Position numbers and translations under genes: made by a program | Assembly: GCF_018350175.1 (NCBI RefSeq) | Contig: NC_058368.1 | Coordinates: forward strand, 205,904,001 to 205,968,000 | Direction: 5' to 3' | Source of the DNA: Felis catus | Taxonomy: Eukaryota | DNA length: 64,000 bases | The notes under the pieces: model-generated | What the model was told of the DNA's origin: nothing | Database searches by the model: none | Seen by the model: only the letters and a program-made list of their open reading frames with translations | Shown: one piece after another, positions 52,921-64,000 of the stretch | Numbering within the stretch: position 1 is the first letter of the stretch | Layout: each line of letters begins with the position of its first letter

Positions 52921-54536
52921 GCAGAGGGCATGCATGCATAGGCAATGGTTGGGGAGGAGCAAGAACTTGGCAGCAAGCTGGGAGACTAGGAGCCAGGGAC
53001 CCGGGAACCCCTGGGGCACCTGATGTGAGCACCATGGGGAGAAACCTGGCACCAGGGTCTCCAAGAAGTTGAGCCCTAACTGCAAGCTCAGCGTGTACTT
53101 AGGCAAGTGGGACTTTGCAGACCACCCTGGACAAAGTGATGACGTGGTGCTTATGGACCCTGACTACTTGAAGGACCAAAAAATGTTTGTGACCCTCACC
53201 GATGCCTTCCGCTATGACCGTGAGGACCTGAATATAATACCCCAGAATCTGCCCTGCTTTGTCACACTGTAGTCAGACCCAGAAGACACAAGGAAGGCTT
53301 GTGGGGAAGACTTTGAGATTCGAGCCTCTGTGCTAAGTCACTAGAAAAGGAAAAGCCACAGAAGGAACTTTGTGTGTCTGGTGATCCAAAAGGTGCAATT
53401 TCCACCAAAGAAACCAGGCACTCAGATTTCAGTAGAAACCACACTTCACTTTATGTCTGACTGCTCCCTGCACCTAAGGCTTCCCTGGACGAAGAGCTAT
53501 ACAACCAAGGGGAGCCCCTCAACACCAACGTCCCTGTCACCAATTCCACCAAGACCGTCAAGAAGACCAAAGTCTCTGTGAGACGGCACGCCAACATCTG
53601 CCTCTCAGCACTGCCCACTACAAGTGTCCTGTGGCTCAGATTGAGCAAGATGACCAGGTGTCACCCGGTTCCACCTTCGGAAGGTGTATATCACACCACT
53701 GCTCAGCAACAACTGGAAGAAGCGTGGTGTTGGCCTGGATGGGAAGTTCAAGCACAAGGACACCAAACTGGATTCCAGCACCATCGTGAAGGAGGGTGCC
53801 AAAGAGGAGGTGCTGGGAATCCTGGGATTCTACAGGGTCAGGGTGAAGCTAGTGGTTTCTCGTGGTGGGGATGTCTCCATTGATGTGCCTTTTGTTCTTA
53901 TGCACCCCAAGCCCCATGAGCACATCACCCTCCCTGGGCCCCAGACAGCCGCGCCTGAAGCTGATGCCCCTGTGGACACCAACCTCATTGAATTTGAAAC
54001 CAACTATGCCACAGACGATGACATCGTGTTTGAGGACTTTGCCCAGCAGCCACGGAAGGGGATGAAAGACGAAGACCAGTTCTGCTAGAAGGGAGCTGCA
54101 AAGAGGGGGTGGCTGGTGCAGGGAGAAGGAGGGTCCCAGGCTCTCTGCCCTCCCTCCACTCAGCAGCTTCCTCAGCTATCCTTCTCCCCACCTCCCTCCC
54201 TTACCAGTTTCAGCCAGACACTCTCTGAACCCATTTTTTTGTTGAGAATGGGTATTACTTTTTTGACTCTGGCTATGTTTCCCCAGCCCCACAATGGGTG
54301 GCAAGTCATGTTCAAATCTATATTTTTTGGAGGGGGATGCTGAAAAGAGGAGTGACCGTAGGCAAAGTGGGGAGAAAGAACTCTCAAATTCAACACCTCC
54401 CCAACACCCCTGCCATCACTCTTCCTCCCTTTTCCTTCAACAGGAAAGGCTGAGGTGGGATGTGGGGGGAGAGGGTGAGGTCAGTTCTTTGTTTCTAAAC
54501 ATAAAGAAGAAAATAAACCCTTTAATAGGGAAAAAA
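52921..54536 (+). pseudogene. ARRB2: Processed pseudogene of beta-arrestin 2
   Basis: Intronless 5'UTR, CDS and 3'UTR; ATG at 53034; peptides [49 protein letters not shown]; stop at 54086-54088; AATAAA at 54512; A tail; TSD aaatatttggaa; multiple frameshifts and stops. Confidence 0.96.
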
Positions 54537-55714
54537 TTATAAAATATTTGGAACAAGTAATACACTTCTAGATTACCTATGGTTCAAAGACATAATATTA
54601 ATGGAAGTTAGAAAAGGGGAGGAGCCAAGATGGCAGAAGAGCATGGAAGCTTTTTGTGTGTCTCGTGTCCATGAAGTACAGCCAGACCAACACTAAACCA
54701 TCCTACACACCTAGAAAACCGATTGGAAGATTAACACAACAATCTGCACAACCTGAACCACAGAATTCAGCAGGTACACAACACTAAGAGCTGAACTTGG
54801 GGAGCAAGAAGCCCTGCAAGGTAGGGAACTCCTTTTGCGGGCGGAGAGAGGACGGAGACTGGGGAGGGGGGAGCATATGGGAAAAGCACCCCTCCCCGAA
54901 AGCAGCTGGAGAGAAAGTGGAAAATTCGAAACAGCTGCAGGGACTAAACTAAAAAGGGAAAAAGGAGAAAGGAGAGGGTTTAAATTCCATGAAGACTGTA
55001 AACAAGGGGAGTGCAAAGGCTGCAACTCCGCAGCTCCATACCTGGTGGTGCTCTGGTGGGAAAGGTGAATCCCCAGGAGCTGAGTGGGGTCCAGGAGGTT
55101 CTCAGGCCACATGGGGAAAAGCGGTTCCACTGCTGGAAGGACATTTGGTAGAGACTGTTGAAGCCACCTGGTCCCAGCAGACCCCAGAAGGCAGCCACAT
55201 TCGCTGGTGCTGGGGCAAGGTTGTTAAGGGTGAAGCCTGGTGCCAGATGTGTGTTGCATTTTCCATGGTCCCTGAAACGCTGAGGCTACACGGTCTCACG
55301 ATTTTTTGGGGGGTGGGCTGGCATCTGGCCGCAGTCTCGGGGCACTGGCAACAGCAGGGTCCAGCGGGCATCCTGGGTGCAGCCGACATTCGGCCACTGC
55401 TCATTTGGCCATTGTTCGGTGAGACCCTCCCACAGAGGGGCAGAGTGGGTGGAAGCCGCAGTCCTTCGGAAGTAAGGGGCCGGGAAAAACAGCCGCATCT
55501 GAGACAAAACTTGGGAGAGAGGTACTGCCTGGGGCCTAGTCTGCCTGAGAGTGGAAAAGCGGAGAGTGGAAGAGAGCTGAAGACGGAGGACCAGTGCGCA
55601 GTTGCTGATCTGGAAGAACAGACTGGGCGGCTGGGTGGTGCCATTTTTCACCGCTACCACACATGCGCATGTGTACGGATGAGCACCGCAGCAATCCACC
55701 CCAGTAGGCTAGCA

Positions 55715-55728
55715 GCGCCATCTAGTGG
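55715..55728 (-). promoter_or_regulatory. CTCF core motif in the L1 5'UTR
   Basis: Minus strand CCACTAGATGGCGC matches the CCASYAGRKGGCRS consensus; motif match only, no binding data. Confidence 0.5.
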
Positions 55729-55889
55729 AGAGTGGAGCTGTTACACCGAGCCCCGCCCAAATGGGCCAACTTCGCTCTTCAAGAACGCAAACCTCACCGC
55801 CTGCTTACTGTATGGACTATAAAGAGCTACATGGACTGAACTCTAGGAGAAAACAAAGCAATTTCAGTACTACTTCAATCTGTTAGCAG

Positions 55890-56590
55890 GTTCATTATTC
55901 AATTTTTTTTCTCTCTCTCTTTATCCTTTTTCTCTTTTACAATTCTTTTCTTTTTCTTGAATACAGAAAGAAAAAACTCATTTTTATTTTCAATTTTTAT
56001 TAAAAATATGTCTTTAATTTTTATTACTATATTTTTTACTTTGTGTAAATTTTTTCAAATTCTACTCTATTTGAAAAAAATACTTTATTTGATCTACTTC
56101 CATCATTTTATTTTAGTCTACTTCAGTGTACTCACTTTTTCAAATTTTCTTTTTTCTTTCTTTTTCTTTTTTCTTTTTCATTTCTTTTCCTTTTCTTGAA
56201 TGCAGAAAGAGAAAAACTTTGTTTTTACTTTAATTTTCTTTTTAAAATATTTTTATTTAATTTTTATTACTATATTTTTGCTTTTATGTAAATTTTTTCA
56301 AATTCTATGTTACTCCCATCATTTTATTTCAGTCTACTACAATGTATTCACTTTTTAAAATTTTCAAACGATTTCTTTCTTTGTCTTTTCTTTATTCTTT
56401 TTTTATCTTTTTTCTCTTTTTCATTTCTTTTCTTTTTTCTTAAATACAGAAAACAAAAAAATTCATATTTCTTTCTAATTTTTATTAAAAATATTTTTCT
56501 ATAATTTTTTTAACTATGTTCTCTACTTTTGTGTATTTTAGTGTACTTTAGTGTATTCATTTTTTCAAAATCTCAAATGATTTCCTTTTT
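55890..56590 (+). repeat. Three diverged T-rich units of about 240 bp at the 3' end of the L1 5'UTR
   Basis: Anchor ttctt(g/a)aat(a/g)cagaaa recurs at about 55954, 56193 and 56436, each followed by similar sequence. Confidence 0.8.
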
Positions 56591-56796
56591 GTTTTCTCTC
56601 CCCCCCTTTTTTTTGTTCATTTGTTTCTCTAATCTGTCAAACCACTTTCTACACCCAGAGCAAAACACACCTAGGATCTAGCATCATCTATTCGATTTTT
56701 CTGTGTGTGTTTTTAATTTTTAATTTTGATATTTTTTAATTTTAATTTTTTTAATTTCAATTTTTCTACCTCATTAATTCCTTTTCTCCCTTCAAA

Positions 56797-57664
56797 ATGA
56801 CAGAACAAAGGTATTCACACCAAAAGAAAGAGGATGAAGAAACGAGAGCCAGGGATTTAACCAACACACAGACACAAGCAAGATGTCTGAACCAGAATTT
56901 AGAATCATGATAATAAGAATACTAGCTGGAGTCGAAAATAGATTAGAATACCTTTCTGCAGAGATGAAAGAAGTAAAAATAGCGAGAATGAAATTAAAAA
57001 TGCTACAACTGAGCTGCAATCATGGATGGATGCAGTGGCGGCAAGGATGGACAAGGCAGAACAGAGAATCAGCGATATAGAGGACAAACTTATAGAGAAT
57101 AATGAAGCAGAAAAAAAGAGGGAGATTAAGGCAAAAGAGCACGATTTAAGTATTAAAGAAATCAGTGACTCATTAAAAAGGAACAATATCAGAATCATAG
57201 GGGTCCCAGAGGAGGAAGAGAGAAATAGGGGTAGAAGGGTTATGTGAGCAAATCATAGGGGAAAACTTTCCTAACCTGGGGAAAAAGACAGACATCAAAA
57301 TCCAGGAAGCACAGAGGACCCCCATTAGATTCAACAAAAACCGACCATCAAGAAGGCATATCATAGTCAAATTCACAAATACTCAAGCAAGGAGAAAATG
57401 AGGAAAGCAGCAAGGGAAAAAAAGTCCCTAACCTACAAGGGAAGACAGATCAGGTTTGCAGCAGACCTATCCACAGAAACTTGGCAGGCCAGAAAGGAGT
57501 GGCAGGATGTATTCAGTGTGCTGAATCAGAAAAATATTCAGACAAGAATTCTTTATCCAGCAAGGCTGCCATTCAAAATAGAAGGAGAGATAAAAAGTTT
57601 CCCAGACAAACAAAAATTAAAGGAGTTTGTGACCACTAAAGAAATTTTAAGGGGGACTCTCTGA
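56797..57664 (+). pseudogene. L1 ORF1 (frameshifted)
   Basis: Fragments MSEPEFRIMIIRILAG, RNNIRIIGVPEEEE and AADLSTETWQARKEW...LYPARL lie in separate ORF fragments. Confidence 0.92.
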
Positions 57665-57679
57665 GGGGAGAAAAGAGGA

Positions 57680-57795
57680 AAATATATATACATATATATA
57701 TATTTGTAGGTATATGTATATATGTATATATATGTATATATTTGTATATGTATGTATATATGTATATATGTGTATATATATGTACATATATGTAT
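57680..57795. repeat. TA-rich microsatellite in the L1 inter-ORF spacer
   Basis: Read directly from the sequence. Confidence 0.95.
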
Positions 57796-57863
57796 CAAAA
57801 GCAACAAAATATTAGAAAGGAACAGAGGTCACCACCAGAAACTCCACCTCTACAAGCATCATA

Positions 57864-60800
57864 ATGGCAATAGATTCATATCTTTCAGTACTCACTCTAA
57901 ACATCAATGGACTCAATGCTCCAATCAAAAGACATAGGGTAACAGAATGGATAAGAAAACAAGACCCATCTATATGCTGTTTACAAGAGGCCCACTTTAG
58001 ACCTAAAGACACCTTCTGATTGAAAATAAGGGGGTGGACAACCATCTATCATGCTAATGGTCAACAAAAGAAAGCCAGAGTAGCCATACTTATATCATAC
58101 AATCTAGACTTTAAAACAAAGACTGTATCAAGAGATGCAGAAGGGCATTATATGATAATCAAGGGGTCTATAGACCAAGAAGACCTAACAATTGTAAACA
58201 TTTATGCGCCAAATGTGGCGGCACCCAAATATATAAATCAATTAATCACAAACATAAAGAAACTCATCGATAGTAATACCATAATAGTAGGAGACTTCAA
58301 CACCTTAGAGCAATGGACAGATCATCTAATGAAAAAATCAATAAGGAAACAATGGCTTTGAATGACACACTGGACTAGATGGACTTAACAAATACATTCA
58401 GAACATTTCATCCTAAAGCAGCAGAATATACATTCTTCTCCAGTGCACATGGAACCTTCTCCAGAATAGACCATATACTGGGACACAAATCAGCCCTAAG
58501 TAAATACATCATACTGTGCATATTTTCAGACCACAACGCTATGAAACTCGAAATCAACCACAAGAAAAAATTTGGAAAGATAACAAATACTTGGAGACTG
58601 AAGAACATCCGACTAAAGAATGAATGGGCTAACCAAGCAGTTAAAGAAGAAATTAAAAAGTATATGGAAGTCAATGAAAACGATAACACCACAACCCAAA
58701 ACCTCTGGGATGCAGCAAAGCCGGTCATAAGAGGAAAGTATCTAGAAATCCAGGCCTTCCTAAAGAGGGAAGAAAGATCCCAGATACACAACCTAACCTT
58801 ACACCTTAAGGAACTGGAAAAAGAACAGCAAATAAAACCTAAAACCAGCAGAAGACAGGAAATAATAAAGATTAGAGCAGAAATTAATGCTATAGAAACC
58901 AAAAAAAAAAAAAAAAACAAAAACAAAAAACAGTGGAACAGATCAATGAAACCAGAAGCTGGTTATTTGAAAGAATTAACAAAATTGATAAACCACTAGT
59001 CAGTTTGATCAAAAAGAAAAAGGAAAGGACCCAAATAAGTAAAATCAAGAATGAAAGAGGAGAAATCACAACCAACACAACAGAAATAAAAACAATAATA
59101 AGAGAATATTATGAGCAATTATATGCCAATAAAATGGGCAATCTGGAAGAAATGGACAAATCCCTAGAAACACATACACTACCAAAACTGAAACAGGAAC
59201 AAATAGAAAATTTGAACAGACCCAGAACTAGTAAGGATATTGAATTAGTAATAAAAAATCTGCCAAAAAACCAAAAAGCCAGGGCTAGATGGCTTTCCAG
59301 GGGAATTCTACCAAACATTTAAGGAGGAGTTAACACCTATTCTCTTGAAGCTGTTCCAAAAAATACAAATGGAAGGAAAACTTCCAAACTCTTTCTATGA
59401 AGCCAGCATTACCCTGATTCCAAAACCAGACAGAGACCCCACTAAAAAGTAGAACTATAAACCAATTTCCCTGATGAATATGCATGCAAAAATCCTCAAC
59501 AAGATACTAGCCAACCAGATCCAACAATACATTAAAAAAATTATTTACCACGACCAAGTGGGATTTATACCTGGGATGCAGGGCTGGTTCAATATACGAA
59601 TAACAATTAACATGATTCATCATATCAATAAAAGAAAGGACAAGAACCATACAATCCTCTCAATAGATGCAGAGAAAGCATTTGACAAAATACAGCATCT
59701 TTTCTTGATAAAAACCCTCAAGAAAGTAGGGATAGAAGGATCATACCTCAAGATGATAAAAGCCATATATGAACGACCCAACACTAATATCATCCTCAAT
59801 GGGGAAAAACTGAGAGCTTTCCCCCTAAGGTCAGGAACAAGACAGGGATGTCCACTCTTGCCACTGTTATTTAACTTAGTATTGGAAGTCTTAGCCTCTG
59901 CAATCAGACAACACAAAGAAATAAAAGGCAACCGAATCGGCCAGGAGGAGGTCAAACTTTCACTCTTCGTAGATGATATGATACTCTAAATGGAAAACCC
60001 AAAAGATTCCACCAAAAAACTGCTAGAATTGATCCATGAATTCAGCAAAGTTGCAGGATATAAAATCAATGCACAGAAATCGGTTGCATTCCTATACACC
60101 AACAATGAAGCGACAGAAAGAGAAATCAAGGAATCAATCCCATTTACAGTTGCACAAAAAACCATAAAATACCTAGGAATAAATCTAACCAAAGAGGTGA
60201 AAAATCTATGCACTGAAAACTATAGAAAGCTTATGAAAGAAATGGAAAAAACACAAAGAAATGGAAAAAGAATCCATGCTCCTGGATAGGAAGAACAAAT
60301 ATTGTTAAAATGTTGATACTACCCAAAGCAAACTACATATTCAATGCAATCCTTATCAGAGTAACACCAGCATTCTTCACAGAGCTAGAACAAATAATCC
60401 TAAAATTTGCATGGAACCAGATAAGACCCTGAGTAGTCAAAGCAATCTTGAAAAAGAACACCAAAGTAGCAGGCATCACAACCCCAGACTTCAAGCTGTA
60501 CTACAAAGCTGTAATCATCAAGACAGTATGGTACTGACACAAGAACAGACACTCAGATCAATGGAACAGAATAGAGAACCCAGAAATGGACCCACAAACA
60601 TATGGCCAACTCATCTTTGACAAAGCAGGAACGAATATCCAATGAAATAAAGACAGTCTCTTCAGCAAGTAGTGCTGGGAAAACTGGACAGTAACATGCA
60701 GAAGAATGAACCTGGACCACTTTCTTACACCATACATAAAAATAAACTCAAAACGGATGAAAGACCTCAATGTAAGACAGGAAGCCATCAAAATCCTCGA

Positions 60801-61701
60801 GGTGAAAGTAGCCTAAAACCTCTTTGCCACAGCAACTTCTTACTTTGATCTTGGCCACAGCAACTTCTTACTTAACACATCTCTGGAGGCAAGGGAAACA
60901 AAAGCAAAAACGAACTGCTGGGAACTCATCAAAATAAAAAGCTTCTGCATAGCGAAGGAAACAGTTAGCAAAACTAAAAGGCAACTGACAGAATGGGAGA
61001 AGATATTTACAAATGACGTGTCAGCTAAAGGGTTAGTATCCAAAATCTATAAAGAACTTATCAAACTCAACACCCAAAAACCAAATAATCCAGTGAAGAA
61101 ACAGGCAAAAGACATGAATAGACACTTCTCCAAGGAAGATATCCAGATTGGCCAACTGACACATGAAAAATGCTCAACATCACTCATGATCAGGGAAATA
61201 CAAATGAAAACCACAATGAGATACCACCTTACACCTGTCAGAATGGCTAACATTAACTCAGGCAACAACAGATGTTGGCGAGGATGCGGAGAAAGAGGAT
61301 CTCTTTTGCATTGTTGGTGGAAATGCAAGCCGGTGCAGCCACTCTGGAAAACAGTATGGAGGTTTCTCAAAAAACTAAAAATAGAACTATCCTACAAACC
61401 CAGCAATTGCACTATTAGGCATTTATCCAAAGGATACAGGTGTGCTGTTTTGAAGGGACACATGCACCCCCATGTTTATAGCAGCACTATCAACAATAGC
61501 CAAACTATGGAAAGAGCCCAAATGTCCATCAATGGATCAATGAATAAAGAAAATGTGGTATATGTATACAATGGAGTATTACTTGGCAATCAAAAAGAAT
61601 GAAATCTTGCCATTTGCAACTGTGTGGATGGAACTGGAGGGTATGATGCTAAGTGAAATTAGTCAGAGAAAGACAAAAATCATATGATTTCATTCATATG
61701 A
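57864..61701 (+). pseudogene. L1 ORF2 (endonuclease, RT, Cys-rich domain), multiply disrupted
   Basis: [56 protein letters not shown]; stops at about 58017, 58376, 59449 and 59987 plus frameshifts. Confidence 0.95.
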
Positions 61702-62238
61702 GGACTTTAAGCGACAAAACAGATGAACATAAGGGAAGGGAAACAAAAATAATGTAAAAACAGGGAGGGGAACAAAACAAAAGAGTCTCATAAATATGGA
61801 GAACAAACTTACAGTTGCTGGAGGGGTTGTGGGAGGGAGCATGGGCTAAATGGGTAAGGGGCGTTAAGGAATCTACTGAAATTATTGCTTCACTATATAG
61901 TAACCAATTTGGATGTAAATTTTGAAAAATAAAAAATAAAGTTAAAAAAAGAAATTAGAAAATATTTAATTTGAAAATGAAATGCAACACACAAATCTTA
62001 TAAAGTGAAATCAGTTTTCAAAGGGAAATTTAGAAACCTTAAAATGTGTGTTAAGAGGGAAAAGGCTGAAGACAAATGATATGTTTACTAAATATTTAAA
62101 AAACTAAACCTACATGAAAAGAAAGTGATAAAGTTAGGAGTAGAAATTAATAAAACAGAAAACAAACATGACTAAAGAGAAAATCAAAAGACCAAAAATT
62201 AGATCTTTGAAAAGACTAATAAAATTGAATAACCTTAA

Positions 62239-62465
62239 GGGGCGCCTGGGTGGCGCAGTCGGTTAAGCGTCCGACTTCAGCCAGGTCATGATCTCGCGGT
62301 CCGGGAGTTCGAGCCCCGCGTCAGGCTCTGGGCTGATGGCTCAGAGCCTGGAGCCTGTTTCCAATTCTGTGTCTCCCTCTCTCTCTGCCCCTCCCCTGTT
62401 CATGCTCTGTCTCTCTCTGTCCCAAAAATAAATAAACGTTGAAAAAAAAAATTAAAAAAAAAAAA
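62239..62465 (+). mobile_element. Young felid CanSINE lacking a TSD
   Basis: Same subfamily as the 2197, 7758 and 17725 copies; the upstream flank is not repeated after the A tail. Confidence 0.96.
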
Positions 62466-63167
62466 GACACAGAGAGAATAATTATTAGTAATAACAATTT
62501 TAATATGAAGAATAATAAAAAAGACATCACTAAAGAGGCTACAGAATGTAAAAATACCTTAGAAGCATACTGTGAGAAACTTTATGCCCAAAAAAAAGAA
62601 GAAAAAAAAAAGAAATGGACAAATTCCTAGAGAAAGAAGCTTAGCAAAAATGACATAATTAAAGAAATAGATAACCTAGAAGTCTTATTTCTGTTAGATT
62701 CATTGTACATGTTATTAAATCCTTTACTCCTCAAACACTCAGATCCATATTGGACTTACTGGTAAATATTTTAAAATCACATCAATCTTAAACAAACTCT
62801 TCCACAATATAGGAAAAGAGCTAACAACTTGTTTAATCTGGCCAATCCAATCTTAACACTAAACTTTGACAAATATGTTTCAAGAATATTAGTACAGGCT
62901 AATATTTCTCATGAAAATAGAGACAAAAACCCTAAATATATACTAGCCAATCAAATCCAGGTATTCCCCAAATGCACTTATTCTCAAAATGCAATGGTGA
63001 CTTGAGATTCAAAAATCAATTGATGTTATCTCCAGATGTGATCCTGTCAGACAAACCCCAAATGATGAATATTCTAAAAGTAGGTGGTCTTTATTCTTCA
63101 AAATTGTCAATGCCACTAATGACAACGAAAATTTACGAATCTGTTCTTGTATTAAGAGAGACAGTTG

Positions 63168-63380
63168 AGGGTGCCTGGTTGGCTCAGTTGGCTAAGCATC
63201 TGACTCTTGGTTTCAGCTCAGATCATGATCTCTCAGTTTGTGGGATCAAGCCCTGTGTCTGGCTCCATGCTGACAGTGTGGAGCCTTCCCAGGATTCTCT
63301 GTCACTCCCTCTTTCTCTGTCCCTCCCCCACTCGCTCTCTCTCTCTCAAAATAAGCTTAAAAAAAAAAAAAACAAAAACA
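63168..63380 (+). mobile_element. CanSINE within an old L1 3' remnant
   Basis: SINE body; agagagaca on both flanks; host continues ctaaatgaaacatgtgatcctgggctgga. Confidence 0.92.
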
Positions 63381-64000
63381 GAGAGAGAGACAATGATGGC
63401 TAAATGAAACATGTGATCCTGGGCTGGACTCTGTAATAGAGAGGAAAATAAAAAAATCATGCTTCAAAACTTGGTTTAAAGAAAGAGCAGATTGGATAAA
63501 CTGTGAAATTCTTCTACTGGGATTTATCTTTGTTTTCTTTCATATATCTAAGCCTGAAACAACACTGTTTTTATTCAAATAGACTGCTTTACACTCTCCT
63601 ATTAGAAACGATAGGGTCAATACAATTACTCAGGAAGTCAATTAGGCATATTCCATGGTGTCAGTAAAAGGTATTTTGAGATCTCTTTTCCTATGATACC
63701 TATCATTTTCCTATGATACCTATAAAGGTATCATGTCCACAGCATTTTGAGGGTCTTGCTTAGTGATCTAGCCCTGGGATTGCTCACCCACCAGCCTATT
63801 TTGTAATTGTTGCCCCCCACTGATTTCCTCTATTATTGCTGGAAAGCAGAGCAGAAACAGTACTTTTATTCAAGCACAGTTTCATTCAACCATCTAGCCC
63901 TTGTAGAATAATGAAATCATCACAGTTTTGTAACTAATTCTCTGCTCCTCTCTTTGTTTTCCTGCCTCCTCTGACATATATCTCCCCAGTGCCCAGTTGG

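Larger units (their letters stand above)
54616..61950 (+). mobile_element. Full-length felid L1, about 7.3 kb, inactivated
   Basis: 5' ggggaggagccaagatggc (YY1-like site), GC-rich 5'UTR, ORF1, ORF2, 3'UTR and A tail; TSD gaa(g/a)ttagaaaa at 54604-54615 and 61951-61962. Confidence 0.97.
51120..62965 (+). mobile_element. Ancient L1 ORF2 remnant acting as host (pieces at about 51120-51432, 54554-54615, 61963-62238, 62466-62965)
   Basis: The pieces join into collinear decayed L1 ORF2: cagtaaagatatcgaagatttgaa...cttttcaagtacatg...aaatatttggaa | aatacacttcta...gaa.ttagaaaa | tattt...ctttgaaaagactaataaaattga...aaatggacaaattcctaga...atactagccaatcaaatccag. Confidence 0.75.

Noticed and set aside
53684..54088. 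134-aa arrestin C-terminal ORF as a functional clathrin-binding fragment
   Set aside because: It starts at GTG with no evidence of a promoter. The LIEFE box is kept but the AP2-binding arginines appear lost (FAQQPRKG). Best explained as residual pseudogene frame.
54616..61950. Retrotransposition-competent L1
   Set aside because: Both ORFs carry numerous stops and frameshifts, including a stop right after the FVDD RT motif.

Overview
Mammalian, not microbial, DNA. The tRNA-derived CanSINEs of the young felid type and a felid-type full-length L1 point to a cat-family genome (Felis or a close relative). The window is AT-rich, repeat-dense, intergenic or intronic sequence with no intact protein-coding gene that I can support. 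Recognisable content: two processed pseudogenes (RPS4X on -, ARRB2 on +), one disabled full-length ~7.3 kb L1, about 17 CanSINEs, a young ERV1-type solo LTR with a 5x49 bp enhancer-like array, two pogo/Tigger DNA transposons, and many old L2/MIR/MaLR/ERVL/hAT relics. I found no new gene system. The most notable structures are a multi-layer insertion nest at 51.1-63 kb whose order can be read from target-site duplications (including a Tigger inside a CanSINE tail), the LTR array, a perfect 32-bp-arm palindrome, an L1 3' transduction, and an ARRB2 retrocopy deletion that seems to end at an exon junction. Repeat family names come from my recollection of consensus sequences, not a database search, and old-repeat boundaries are approximate.
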